In this document: piece by piece, positions 26,641 to 40,554 of the stretch
Position numbering within the stretch: the first letter of the stretch is position 1
How the letters are laid out: the number at the start of each line of letters is the position of its first letter
From: Mytilus edulis
Taxonomy: Eukaryota
Assembly: GCF_963676685.1 (NCBI RefSeq)
Contig: NC_092348.1
Coordinates: 42,718,001 to 42,782,000 of the forward strand
Reading direction: 5' to 3'
Length of the DNA stretch: 64,000 bases
Translations under genes and position numbers: made by a program
The notes under the pieces: generated by a model
What the model was told of the DNA's origin: nothing
The model's database searches: none
The model's input: only the letters and a program-made list of their open reading frames with translations

Positions 26641-27670
26641 CTTTCGTGTAACAGTTATATATTTAAACACCATGCTGAGCTGTGAATACATATGCTAAAT
26701 AAAATTTACCTATTTAGAAAAATACTCATCTATTTAGTGTGACCTGTAGCTGGTCCAATCTTTTTCATTTTGACTCTGCTGGATGTCCGACTGGATGGTT
26801 GGTTTTTTTGGCAAACCTGACATCTGTCATATTTTATTTTTATAAAGTACACTGGAGAATTAAAGATATATACACACACCTAGGGATCATGATTATATTG
26901 ACTAGCCCTAGTATTCATCAAGCTACTTTAAGATCCTAGGCAGGGACTTTCTATACTAAATTAAGTGTCTGTGTTATGAAAGGATTTAGGACGTTTTTAG
27001 AAATAATTAGAAATTGAAATAAAATAGATTTTATTTAAACAAAAATATAGGTTTATAGGTAATTAATATAGTTCGAAGTAAAAGATAATATAAATGTCAA
27101 ATGATTCGTTGATATAGGAAAACAAAGTAAGAAGAAAACACATAAAGAAGATAGCGAATAACAAGCATTATCTTCATGTTAAGCAAAAATAGTACAAGTC
27201 AAGAACCTCATTAGTTATTTGGCACGCGTTTAGAAGGTTGCTAGGTCGACGGACAGATGTATGTCGCATTTATATTACATCCAAGGTTATAACCATATTC
27301 ACAGAATGTGTAGATACTACAGCATCATGAATATTCAGTAATACATTTAGGCACACAAGATTGTATTAATAACCAATCAAAAAGTTTAGATACGAAGATT
27401 GACGTACACAAGATATTAATTAGAATTTAACAAATCTTTAATTATCAATTATTATAAAGATCAGAAATTGAAATTCTTCCAAAAATATTATTCTATTTAG
27501 TTTAAGAAATAAAAGTCCAAATGCTTTTCAAAAACAAATAAATATAATTTGCATATTATGAAGCAATAAATGTTTTGGCAACACATTCCAAGAAGCTCAA
27601 TCTTGTCTGGGGAACAAGAATGTCGGGTAATGAGTAGTGACTATAAAAGCAAATATAAGTCTACTGCCTG

Positions 27671-28275
27671 TACATTACATTACATTACAATCCTTGTTCC
27701 AACCAGCAAATTGAGTTGTCTTATTTATTTCATTAAAAAGGTAAGTTATAATGTTACTTAAAGTAATTAAATGAAATAAATTAATTGCAAATTAATAGGA
27801 AATAATTCAATAAATATAATAAGTTTAATTCGAGCAATATTTGAAATAGAAATATATTTGTTATTGTCAAATGATAACCTTATTGTTAATCTGTATGATT
27901 TATGCACTGTAATATTTTACGATCAAAAAGAAAAGAAACATTACATTACATTACATTACATTACAATCCTTGTTCCAACCAGCAAATTGAGTTGTCTTAT
28001 TTATTTCATTAAAAAGGGTAAGAAGGCGCGAGTCCCACCCTCGCTGCCAAGCCAGTCCACAACAACGACATGTAGTCCCAGATGTCCAGACATCATTCTA
28101 CCTACAAGAACCGTAGGAGAACTGAGCAAACGAGAGGAGGCAAATCAACACCATGTCTTTTAATTTAGAAACCACCGAAGACAACCATAATACCATCTTA
28201 ACAAGTGACCTCCCTGGGAATTTAACATTAACACAACAAAAACATCAGAAAATCCCGTCACAACAATTGACGGAG
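27671..28275 (-). repeat. Retroposon-like 3' end with an (AATGT)n tail; the 70-bp tail segment is duplicated (27671-27740 and 27943-28016)
   Basis: (ACATT)nACAATCCTTGTTCCAACCAGCAAATTGAGTTGTCTTATTTATTTCATTAAAAAG occurs twice. Confidence 0.55.
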
Positions 28276-29924
28276 AAATTCCCGTCACAACATCTGTCCT
28301 AGGCTATAATTCATATAATTCGATCATTTCAACCATCTTCATGCATATATAGGTACGTGTCCTGTCCCCAAGTACCTATATTTTCACGGACTATCCTAGT
28401 TTAGTGACCCTGTTCTTAATGATAAGCCATTTCAATGATGGAGATATCAGGTATAGTAACTCACTGACTGTCCTCTGACTTCTTTTAAAAGTTACATTTT
28501 GAGTAACATTTAGATATCCTTTGGTGAGATGTATTTCATTGACGCATTAAGTCCGTTTTTCTAGTCTGCTTTGTATTAAGCAAGCTAAATAGTTAAGCAT
28601 AGCAAACCCTAATGCCCACTGTGAGATCTAAGAATTTTCATCACTTGGTATTTCTTTTCAACTGTTTTCATAATAAAAAGTCCCTTTGAACACAATTACA
28701 AGATATGATTATAGTACCTAAATGAATTGAATGAGTTAAATGGAGTACTATTGACTAAAAAAAAAAAAATCGTCTCAGGTACATGATTTATTGTATAGTT
28801 TGCTATTAGATTCAAATAAGCGAGACTGAACTCTCAGATCTCAACTTTACAATGTATCTTTTTTGTGGTGAGATGTAAAGATACACTGTCACGTCCGGTC
28901 TGTGGTTTCTCTAGATGTTTTCTGCTTTGTTTCTAGCTGATGAGTTAATTAATCCCTTGTCAGCTGATTTTTCTGGTTTGTTCTTATGTTGTACAACAGT
29001 ACTGCCACACCACTGTCCCTGTTTAGCGGAAGGGTTTGACAAACGGCATAGCCAGCAAATTATTTGAACCACGCCATATAATGTATGTGTCTGTCCCAAG
29101 TCAGGAGTCCTTAGTTCGGTGGTTGTCGATTGTTAATGCATGTCATACTAGTATTTGATTTTAATAGATGGTTGTCTCTTTGGCAATCATACCTCATCTT
29201 CTTTTTTTACAAATAGATAAGTCGATGACAATGTGATAACGCCATTGCAAAACACGAAAAATAAATAAAAGACAAACAAAATATACAAAACAAACAAACA
29301 AAAAAGGACTCAGAAACATGCACTTACTACAAAAAAAACGGGGGTAATCTAAAGCGGTATGTGATACCGGTATATGGACTATATGAATACCTGTCGTAAA
29401 TTTTCCAGTCATTCATATTCTCAGCTTGATAAACGGAATAAAAAGTATATGGCAGTACTTTTAATACTGTTGTTTTAACAAGCAAACGTTTTCCTTGCAA
29501 ACCACATACAGTGTTTGGAAGAATGATGAGGTGTTTTTTAAGCACTCATCATGGAGAGCCCAAAAATCAGAGAGTTGTCGAAAATTTCTGGAATTTAGAA
29601 TGGAAAAAAGTATAAAACAGTGTCCAAGTAGTCTCAAATAAAAATAAAATTTAAAAAAAAAAAAACCCCAGAAAACATCATATTAATTTCCATTCAATTC
29701 AGTGGCAGATTTTGCATGATTTTGTAGTAATGTTTAGCACCAAAGAACACTCATAACCGATATACAATTATGGAGGGTCCGGGATTGGAACCCCTTTTTT
29801 CCCTCAGTTTTGAACCCCTCTCCCAAAATGATTGGATCTGAGCATGCACTCTTTGTATCTGGGCGTCAATTTAAGTGTGACTATAGATATTTCTTCTCGC
29901 TAACTGTGATTTTAGTGAAAATTG

Positions 29925-30110
29925 AAATATAAAAAAGAAGATGTGGTATGATTGCCAATGAGACAACTGTCAACAAGAGACCAAAATGACACATACATTA
30001 ACAACTATAGGTCACCGTACGGCCTTCAACAATGAGCAAAGCCCATACCGCATGGTCAGCAATAAAAGGCCCCAATATGACAATGTAAAACAATTCAAAC
30101 GAGAAAACAA
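29925..30110. repeat. Copy of a very abundant dispersed repeat; other pieces at about 4595-4640, 6930-6980, 28900-29205, 32140-32685, 35000-35125, 43465-43640, 44700-44980 and 49430-49540
   Basis: Shared motifs GTTGTCTCATTGGCAATCATACCACATCTTCTT and GAAGGCCGTACGGTGACCTATAG in both orientations. Confidence 0.75.
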
Positions 30111-30439
30111 AAAGATTTTTTTGAAAATTACACATGGTTTTTTTTATGAGGCACTGTTTTAATCAATTTATATAAGAACAGCTTATCTCTACAATGGAAC
30201 CAACGATCGGCATATTTCTACCATTGCAGTTCAAATCGTCGGAATTTATTTTCCTCTAATGATTTGTATTCGAGTTCAAACTCGTCACGGGGACTCTAGT
30301 CCATAAAAAACTCAAAGCCACATTTCTTTTAAATAATTATAGTTCAATTTACTTTAACAAATTCCTTCATTCGATTTAGCATAGGCGAACGCAATTTGGA
30401 CAATGTAACACACGCTGTTGACTCCAAGGTTAGATGTAT

Positions 30440-31308
30440 ATATCTTTATTCTCACAAACCAATTTACAAAGGTATAGAGATAATTATACATATTTCAATA
30501 CAATTACATAAATAAATAATGTACGAAAGTAGATAGAGGCATTCACATTTGTTCACCAAGAAAAGTTCAATTTGTTATTGATCTCCTTAATAAGTTAACA
30601 TAGTTCGTTCAGTTCTGTACATTTTTTTGAATTCATTACATGTAAGTCATAAAACTTCAATATGTTTGGTCTATTTCTATAGTAAAATGCAATACATTGT
30701 TTTCTACAGTTATCAAAAGCTGAACAATTAAAAATGTAATGGTATTCATCACCAATGGCATCTGAATTACACAATACACATTTTCTGTTTTCTCTTTCTA
30801 TGTTTTGCCATCTTCCAGTTTCTATTGGAAATTTCATGTTCAAAGTTATAAATTAAAGAAATAAGGATATTTGCCTGTCATCCAAAATATTTAAATATTT
30901 CTCAAACTCCAAAGTATCTTTAAATAAACGATAATTTAATGCTTTTGGTGATTCCTGTAGGCTTGCTAGCCATTTTTGTTTGAATTAATCTATTAAATTC
31001 TGTTTGATGGTTACATGTAGCCATGTTTTATTTACAAAAAAAGATATTGTCCCATACATATGACAAGCCACACGTGTCTAAAATTGATTTGGCTTGTTTT
31101 AACCATAAAATATTTGTACCATATTTGGCAGTTGCTAAGTTATACAAAATAAAAGGCAATTTGTCAGGTTTTCCGGTTACCAACTTGGACCAATAGTTTA
31201 TCATTCGTAACTTAATTGAAATATCTAAGGGATATCTTCCCAATTCACCATAAATCATAAAATCAGGAGTAGACTTTTTTACTCCAAGTAATATTTTACA
31301 AAATTTAC
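30440..31308 (-). mobile_element. 5'-truncated, decayed LINE (RTE-X-like) C-terminal fragment
   Basis: MIYGELGRYPL... and PIETGRWQNIERENRKCVLCNSDAIGDEYHYIFNC (CCHC); broken by stops and frameshifts. Confidence 0.8.
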
Positions 31309-32140
31309 AAGTTAACCCCTTGTAACATTTGATTTAAATGCTAATTGGTTTCAGAGTTATAAGCCAAATCTACATTTTACACCTATGTTCTATTTTTAGC
31401 TATGTCGGCCATTTTGGTTGGTTGGCCGGGTCACCGCACACATTTGTAAACTAGATAACCTAATGATGATTGTGGCAAAGTTTGGTTAAATTTGGTCCAG
31501 TAGTTTCAGATGAGCAGATTTTTGTAAAAGATTATAAATATTTACGAAAAATTGGTAAAAAATGACTGTTAAGGGAAATAACTCCTTAAGGGGTCAACTG
31601 ACCATTTTGATGATGTTGACTTATTTGTAGATCTTACTTTGCTGAACATTATTGCTGTTTACAGTTTATCTCTATATATAAAAATTTTCAAGATAATAAT
31701 CGAAAACGGACAAAATTTCCTTAAAATTACCAATTCAGGGGCAGCAACCCAACAACCCATTGTCCGATTCATCTGAAAATTTCAGGGCAGATAGATCTTC
31801 ACTTAATAAACAATTTACCACGTGTCAGATTTGCTCTAAATGCTTTGGTTTCAGAGTTATAAGCCAAAATATACATTTTACCCCGATGTTCTATTTTTAG
31901 CCATGGCGGCCATCTTGGTTGGTTTGGCGGGTCACCGGACACAAGTTTTAAACTAGATACCCCAATGATGATTGTGGCCAAGTTTAGTAAATTTGGTCGA
32001 GTAGTTTCAGAGGAGAAGTTTTTGTAAAAGTTAACGACGACGAACGACGACATACGACGACGGACGAACGACGACATACGACGACGGACGCCAAGTGATG
32101 AGAAAAGCTCACTTGGCCCTTTGGGCCAGATGAGCTAAAA
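31309..32140 (+). mobile_element. Helentron/HINE-like element
   Basis: Internal duplication with about 500-bp offset (TTGGTTTCAGAGTTATAAGCCAAA), ACGA/CGGA microsatellite, 3' hairpin AGCTCACTTGGCCC-TTT-GGGCCAGATGAGCT. Confidence 0.65.
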
Positions 32141-32818
32141 GCGGGTATGTATTTAGTTTTTAGTCTTAGTTAGTAAGTGCGAGTACTGTACTCTCTGATT
32201 GTACTTAGTATTTTTTTGTTGTTGGGATCTACAGCTAGCCGGCCAAGTCCACTCTGTGTTTTGTTAGATGTTTTTCTATTCGTATCCATCTGATGAGTTA
32301 AGCATTTTTCTACAGATTTTTATAGTTCATTCTTGTGTTTTACTATTACACCACTGTCCAAGGTTAGGGAGTGTTTGCGATCCCGCTTACATGTTTAACC
32401 TCGCCACATTCTGGTTGTAAGTGCCTGTCCCAAGTCAGGAGCCCTTTATTCAATGATTATCGTTTGTTGATGTGCTACATAGATATAGGAAGATGTGGTA
32501 TGAGTGCCAATGAGACAACTCTCCATCAAATTCTCCACAATTTATAAAAGTAAACTATTATAGGTCAAGGTACGGTCTTCAACATATTTGTTTTTTGTTC
32601 ATTTTTTGTACATCATAAGGCCGTTAGTTTTCTCGTTTAATTGCTTTACATAAAGTATGTCGGGGCCTTTTTTAGCTGACTATAATAAATAATAGATTGA
32701 AGGTAAATTAAAGTCTAAAAATAAAACAGGTTTTTCAAGGCTAAATAACAATGATTTTGACTTTTTATTAAGAAAATGATACGTAAAAAATATAAAAATA
32801 AATAACAACAGTTCATCA

Positions 32819-35800
32819 TCATACATCTTTGCTTTTCTTCTCTTCTTTGATACACGATAAGGATCGGAAGAATCCACTGATTCTTGCAGCTAATCTGGTT
32901 TTCTTTATAGGATTGTTGGTACTGATATCAATGTCTTTTGCGTCTTTTTTGTCATTTTCTTTTCTTTCATCCTTTTCAATGACATCGCAGTTAGTTTTCC
33001 TTTCTTTAATCGTCCCTGCCTCTTTCTGTGTATTCTCTGAATCATTTTGTTTTCCCCCATCAACATTGATAGTTTGATCCTTGTTCATGTTTTCGTCTTC
33101 GTTTTTCTCTGTCTCCTCATTTGTTTTGACTATTTTCGAATCATTTTGTTTTTCCTTCGCAACATCAATAGCTTGGACTAGTTTCTTCTTTTCATCTTTT
33201 ACTCTTTCTATCTCGATCTTCTTCATTTCTGTAAAGATAAACATAGATGTAGAATTTCAATGTTTTTAATTCAGTGCAATCTTCTACTTTTTGGCAGTGT
33301 TGATACGAAATTTGCGTGTCAACGTTTTACTCTCTTGTAACCGAAATTATCAAGATATACCTAATAAAATTGCAAAATGTAACACAAATTATTCCTGTTT
33401 TTTTAAGTGCTTGGAAATCTGAATTAACCAATTAATTTCTATCAATAATATCATAAAAATGTGAAATATGATAATTGAATAAGAAATTTGTTCACTTCTC
33501 TTATTGTTTGGCACGTGAATGTTGAAGTCAGAACGTCAATGGCAACCATCAATATTCGTTAAGGAAGTAAGGAAAAGACTGAAAAAGGTAGACATATTTA
33601 TGAAATACCTTTTTCCAACATCCTTTGTGCTTTTTCACCCATCTTTTTCATCTGTACTTTCCTCTTTTCTTCCTTCTTCATTGTTGACTTGACATCTTTT
33701 GAGTATTTTTTATTACTCTTGTCGATTGCTTTATATTGTGCTTTAACATTCTGTTCTTCTTCTTTGGCTTTTTTCTCCAGTAATTTTTCTTCTTTCTTCA
33801 TTTCTCTTTTCCTTTTCTTTTCGTCCTTCATCGTTTCTTTGTCATTAATTGATCTTTTAGATTCAGAATTCTGGACTGGATCCTATAATGATTATACAAC
33901 ATAAGTTAATTTGATATTGAAAACGTTGCAAACATTTTGATAACTCATTTAAGATAAATTTCAAAATACGGTTCAAAACGAAGAGCTTAGTAATATTTTT
34001 TTTATCAAAATGGCAAAAAAAAAAAGAAACAATTTGTTAATTTAATCAAGAATAATGACATACATAAAATTCAAATGACCCTTTAAAAATACCGTGATTT
34101 TCAATATAACCATCAGAAACCCACTAGCATACGAACACAAAGAAATCAATCTTAATTTGGCTTTATAAATGGAAGAACTTTAATTTCTACTATTTAGAAA
34201 ATAATAAACTAGGCACGTCCACCTACCTGTTTAACCAAAGCAAATTCAGAAGGGTAGAGTATATTTCAAGATTACAATTTATTTACAGCTAATTTCCTAA
34301 TGCATGTAGAGCAATACTTTGGTTAGCTTGCTTGCTTTTATTGAGTATTGTATAATTTAATATGGAATAACGTCCACTCCATTTAAATAAAGTATACGGA
34401 TTTACTATGCTTATAAATATTGTTCAAGTTAAATATATCAATTTTAAATACAAAGCTTGAGTAAACATTTATACAAACAGAGCAAGCAAGCCAACCAAAG
34501 TTTTACTCTACAAGCATTAGGAAATTAGCTGTAAATAAAAAATGGGTTTTTGGGTCTTGCTGTCAGAGGTGAGTACATTGACCCATTGGCCATCAACTCA
34601 CTGTGAATATTTAAACAGCAATGAAAACACTGTTCCACTTAGAATATAACATTGAATTCTTATCATCTTTAACCCCTACACCATACTAATGTCCCCTTAA
34701 TTTTCTAGTGTACCTTATTGGCATGTCCGACGGCATTCTTCAATGGGTTATCTCCAATTCTATGCACGTGGATCGGCTTTGTTATAATCATTTCTAGAAA
34801 GAAAAAAATATTCACATTACTTGCTTTTTCTCTCGGCATTTTGTTTTATTAGTTCCAGCAGTTATAACAACGAACTTAAAGTTAAAAATGAAAACTTACA
34901 TCTGAGATAATAGGAAAGCTTTTTTTCTTATTTTGATAGAATTGTCATATTCAGTGAAGAAAATTTGATAAACTTTCCCAAATAGAAACACTGACTAAGC
35001 GGTATGAGTTTTACTCATTATTAAAGGCCGTACTGTGACATACAGTTTTGAATTTTTATGTCATTTTGTCTCTTGTGGAAATTCGTCTCATTGGAAACCA
35101 TATACCACATCTTCGTATTTTTTTCATAAGCAACCAGATACACTTTTTTTAGAGATACTCAACCAGCAAACGTTACAGCGATATATCGGCAAAAATATCA
35201 AAGAAAAATTACCCCGTCTTTGCTCTGTTGATATATCAACATCTATTTCTGATCTTTTTTCTTCTATATTCATACTTTCATCTTTTTCTGATCTCTTCTC
35301 TACCTTATTTTCTCTTTCTATTTTAAAATAAATCAAATAAATCTTCAAATGAGGAAAATATGCTATTTCATTTCATTTATGAATTATAATCAATTTTAAA
35401 TGAAAAAATGAAGTTGGAAAAGAATTAATTGAACTGTTCATATGTTACGCTCTTGTTTGATTGTCGAATATAGATTTTTCGCGAATTTGAGAGACATATA
35501 TTCGTGCTATTGTATACGACCTTTGTCTGCTATTGAAGGTCATATATTGACCTATAGATGACTGAAGGTGTTTCAATCATTGTGTAATTAATTTGAAACG
35601 AAAGAGAAAACTATCAAACGTAGACAAATACATGTACTACAGGAAACACTTAACAAAATTGAAGGAAAAAATGCAGGTTTTAATACAATGACAGACTCAA
35701 AAGGAATATATTTATTGGACAATTGACCGGCTTATCCACATTATATTAGAATCTGATACTATGACCTACTTATTTCCATTTTCCAGACTGCCCTCTTTGC

Positions 35801-35926
35801 CTCAGCGGCCTTCTTGTCTAGAATGTCTTCAAGCGAACACTCAAATTCAGCTGTACTTAATATGGCCTCACAAAAGCCAGACACAGAGAAGCGTTCCTTT
35901 TCTTTTTCTTGATTGGACATAGCCAT
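32819..35926 (-). CDS. Uncharacterised Lys/Glu-rich low-complexity protein, 341 aa, 5 coding exons
   Basis: Exons 35926-35770, 35317-35213, 34793-34714, 33882-33609 and 33228-32819, all GT-AG and phase-consistent (1026 nt). Runs from MAMSNQEKEKERFSVSGFCEAIL... to ...KKTRLAARISGFFRSLSCIKEEKKSKDV*. Probable 5' UTR acceptor near 36077 and upstream donor at 36571. Confidence 0.7.
34278..34539. repeat. About 260-bp foldback/MITE with about 60-bp arms, in an intron of the orphan gene
   Basis: TTTATTTACAGCTAATTTCCTAATGC...GCTTGCTTGCT / AGCAAGCAAGC...GCATTAGGAAATTAGCTGTAAATAAA. Confidence 0.7.
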
Positions 35927-36720
35927 TATAAACCTATTAATTGTTGAACCAACTGTTAGTTAATGTAACATAAAATTTCTATCATCCATTCCCTTTTTTT
36001 TTTTTTTTTAATTTTGAAATCTTCTGGATTATGCAATCTAGAATGTGTTTACTATTATAGATTATTCATAGTTCTACCTGAAAAATGTATATAAATTGAA
36101 GAGGATTTTTTAGGTTGGTTTAGATCATTGAAACGCCGGCTAATCCAATCGTTCACCGAAGTGATCGTTTCTGTCAGTTCTGGGTCTTTTCGGTTTTTGT
36201 TCTATAAATATTTTGTATTCTAAACTTTTTGCATGTAGTAATAACGCTATTACCAAAACACATTTGCTAATTTAGCGTTTGCAAGAAGCAATGTCAAAAC
36301 CTGCATTACAAGTCCAACAGTGACAAAAAAATATAGTCAAAATAGTATTATATATATCATTTGTTGAGGCAATATGAATTCTTCCAATTCATCAAAATCT
36401 AATACGTTTTACGTTAAGTTAAGAACCAGTGAAACATATATTGTCTTTGCTTGATAAGAGATCATACTACAATTTCTTGAAAACAGGTTTCAAGTTTCAA
36501 ACTTGTCTTTTGAATAAATAACTGGATGGAAAACACGTGACTTGAAATAAAGTGGAATAAGAGTACTCACCAGACTTATGTTTCGATTTTTCAAACTTTC
36601 AAAAAAGCTGAACAGGACCTCTAAAAATGAATCCCGCTTCAGTGTATTGCCGATACTTCAACAATAACGTTGACATTGGAGATATTTATGACGTCGAGGT
36701 ATGACAGCAGCGCCGCCGCA

Positions 36721-36970
36721 NNNNNNNNNNNNNNNNNNNNNNNNNNNNNNNNNNNNNNNNNNNNNNNNNNNNNNNNNNNNNNNNNNNNNNNNNNNNNNNN
36801 NNNNNNNNNNNNNNNNNNNNNNNNNNNNNNNNNNNNNNNNNNNNNNNNNNNNNNNNNNNNNNNNNNNNNNNNNNNNNNNNNNNNNNNNNNNNNNNNNNNN
36901 NNNNNNNNNNNNNNNNNNNNNNNNNNNNNNNNNNNNNNNNNNNNNNNNNNNNNNNNNNNNNNNNNNNNNN
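36721..36970. other. Assembly gap (250 N)
   Basis: Run of N. Confidence 1.
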
Positions 36971-39332
36971 CTCATTTGGATTACACCAATTTTCAATAAG
37001 GCTCTCTTAATACAATAATAATTACATTACAAATAAACAATGCATCAATAATAATGGTAAATAAAGATTATGTACAATTTTAAAATACAATAAACAATTA
37101 TGATATGGCATTACAGTAAAAATATGATGGTAATGTTAAAAGTACATAGATTTGTATTTATGTTTAAATTCGGATACTGTATTTGATTTTTTTTATTGAA
37201 TTAGGAAGAGCATTCCACACTTTTGGTCCATTGTACGAGAAACTAGACTTATACAACTCTGTATTTGGTTTTGGAATAATAAAATTATCTGAGGATGAAA
37301 ATCTCGTATTATATTTTTGGTTTGCAGAAGCTGATACAATAAGACTGGACATATATTCTGGAGCTAAGCCATGTTTTGCCTTATACATTAGTAATGATTT
37401 GTGATAAAGTATTCTTTGTGTGATTGGCACAATGTTACATTCGTGAAATAATTCTCTTGAAGGTTTGGTGTAATCATGTTCGTCTAAAATTATTCTTGCT
37501 GCCCTTTTTTGCAGTTTTAGTAAACTATCTAATAGAAAGTTATTACAGTTTCCCCATATTGAACAACAATAATCTAAGTGAGGTAAAACGTAAGCGTTAT
37601 AGTACATTTGTCTAGCTTTATGATTTAAATATTTCTTTATCCTTTTTAGTAAAGCTAAAGAAGAGTTTACTTTTTTTATTATATAATCGATATGAGAAGA
37701 CCAAGATAGAGATGCATCAATAAAAACACCTAGAACTTTTTCACATGTACTTTCTATAATTTGTTGTCCATTTAAAGCAAGATTAATGTTTTCATTTGAT
37801 GTAGCGGAAAGCTTTTGTTTAGATCCAATGCATATAGCTTTCGTTTTAGATACATTTACAGCCATTTTATTGTCATCACACCAGCGAAAAATATCTTGTA
37901 AAACCGTATTAAGTTTTTGACTGATGCAACTTTTGTTTTGTCCAATGACTGATATGGTGCTATCATCAGCAAATAAATCGGTGTTATGATTAGGATTAGG
38001 CAAAGGAAGATCATTAATAAAAATTAAAAACAACACCGGTCCTAATACAGATCCTTGAGGTACACCCGTTTTTTGTTTTTGTACGTCTGATAATGTATTT
38101 GAAATAGATACTTTCTGATATCTGTCAGCCAAATATGATGTAAACCAACGTAATGAAGTATAAGATAATTTGTATTTGTTTAATTTTTGAATAAGCAGTT
38201 CATGATTGAGAAGATCAAAGGCTTTTGCTAGATCTAGAAATACTGCTCCAACAAGATCGCCATCATCAATGGCTTTAAGCCATTTATCTATTAAAGCTGT
38301 TAAAGCAGTTTGACAAGAATGGTTTGCACGAAAGCCTGACTGCATTCTATACAATAACTTGTATTTATTAAGATATTTTACTAAGTGTGTTTTCACATGT
38401 TTTTCAAGGATTTTAGAAATGAGTGGTAAAATTGCAATTGGTCTATAATTAAAAACATCCTGTTTTGAGCCTTTGTTCTTATAAACTGGTATGACTTTTG
38501 CCAGTTTAAATGAGGATAGAAAAATACATTTTTTGATACTCAAATTAAAAATATGACAAAGTGGTAGTGAAATAGCATGAGAAGACATCTTTAAAAATTT
38601 TGCACTTATGGTATCAAGGCCTGTTGCTTTTGATTCATCTAGTGCTTTTAGTTGTAAACACACAAAATCATAACTCATAAGTGGTATAGAAAAATACACG
38701 TCATCTGGTACATGACCCGATATAAAATCACCAAGTTTGTTAAAACAACTACTAGAATTGTTAATGTTTTGATCTATATTAAGATTATCTGTGATATTTG
38801 TGAAATAAGCATTAAAAACATCAGCAATGCCTTTTAGTTCTAAAATTTCCTTATTGTTACAATCACTTATGATTTTTATACTGGTATGATTGTCGGTACC
38901 GCTGACAGTATGTAGGTGCTTCCATAATTTACTGCTGTTGCTCTTTTTTTGTTCTATGATATTGGTATAATAATTTTGTTTAGAGTTTTCGATGAGATAT
39001 TTGACTTTATTTCTCCAAAGTCTATAACTATACATATCTTTTTTCTTATGATAAAAATCACGTTTTTTCATGCTATCTAGAATTTCATCATTCATCCACT
39101 CATTTTGATACAAACGTTTTACTCTCTTTTTAATGAGTGGAGCATGATGATTTAATATTTTAGTAAAAATATTCAAAAAAGACAACAGTGCTTCTTCGGG
39201 GTCATCAATTTCTAATACACAATTAAATGAACACTGTGATATGTGATTGACAAAATCATTTTCATTAAAATGTTTAGTAGATCTGAACGTAATATATTCA
39301 TGAATTTTCTTTTTCTGCGTGATGACGGCCAA
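36971..39332 (-). mobile_element. 5'-truncated LINE (CR1/L2/Crack-group); RT ORF of 722 aa at 39332-37164 plus 3' UTR
   Basis: RT motifs NYRPIAILPLISKILEK, QSGFR, FLDLAKAFD, GVPQGSVLGPVLF, FADD. No endonuclease domain. Probable frameshift at the extreme C-terminus. Confidence 0.9.
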
Positions 39333-40554
39333 TAAGTTATAATGGATTTGTCAGGAATGTGTCAACAGTGTTTTATCATTTACTGTGTTAGAAGAATGTT
39401 GTTTATATGAAGAACAGCAATCAAGACACTTACGAAAATTTTGCAGTTTTGAGTTTTCCTTGGCCCAGGCGCGTAGCTCCCCATACGCTAACACGCAGTT
39501 GCGTGCACATCGATTCGGCATGCAAAAAACCTTGAAATGGCAAAATAAAAATTTATAGATTGTTAAAGGAAACACCTATGTTGTCACTTTTTTAATTGAT
39601 GAAATATCATTGAATAACGGCATTTGGTTTCAAAATAAAAGTTTTATTGGAGATTATGACAAAATCGGACAGTAACTTGTATCATTTACAAGATTTGAAT
39701 TTGTAATACTCAGTCTAAGACATGTAGTTTTTGGAGCACATTTTACAGTGTACGGTTCATCAGTTTGGAATTAGATGTACCAATCGGTATTATAATTATC
39801 AGAACCCTATAATATCGTTGAAATATGCCGAGGCGATGTGGTCGACAGACTACCAGAGCCAATCACCCTGCAAACACGCCAAAACAGTCTCATTATTTTT
39901 TGCGTTCATACACCATATGGTAAGGGAACTGGAGAGTGGATTCGCGTTTAGTATTATCAGAAAATCGCTTCTTTGCGCTGTATCTGCTTCATCGTGTTGT
40001 AAGAATTATAACAAACGAACAGCATTGTCTGAGACAGTACAAAACTGACCTGGCATGTAATTTTGACGAATTCAATTGGGAGGTCGCTCGATGCCGAACA
40101 CGTACGCTGCATGGTTTATAACATCTCGCGAGTGCTACCATGGAGATCTATCAGTGTACTACGTATGTTGAAAACAAATGTACGATCAACAATGAACAAC
40201 GACAGTTACTAGCATTTCTGCATATTCATCGGGATTTCAGTGTGAATATTAACAGTTAAAGTAATAGAGAAGTTTGTTTCTCCCTAGACCCGAAGAGCAG
40301 ATTTTGGACAATTTTGAGTAAATTCTGTATCACAAATATGTGCTGTTTATGTATTACTCTATTCAGAAGATTTATTGATAGTTTTTCATTCATATTTTTT
40401 TTATAAGTGCTATCTACATAAAGCCCCTCTTTTAACCGTCCTATGACCGAAAACTGAAGAAAAAAATTCTGCATAAAAGGGTCCCAAACATCGTTTCTTT
40501 CTAGCTACGCCCCTGCTTGCTTTGCTATTGATAAAACCATTCGACATATGCATA

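Noticed and set aside
28936-32320. CTGATGAG motifs at about 28937 and 32290 as hammerheads
   Set aside because: No GAAA and helix III/UH follow the putative helix II; they are part of the abundant dispersed repeat.
32829-33904. Hydrophobic plus-strand ORFs (F/S/L-rich) as membrane proteins
   Set aside because: They are antisense shadows of the K/E-rich exons.
36658-37018. ORFs spanning the N run
   Set aside because: Artefacts of the assembly gap.
39466-40515. hAT-like element bounded by CAGGCGCGTAGCT / AGCTACGCCCCTG
   Set aside because: The termini are similar but the flanks give no matching TSD; they may be ends of two different elements.
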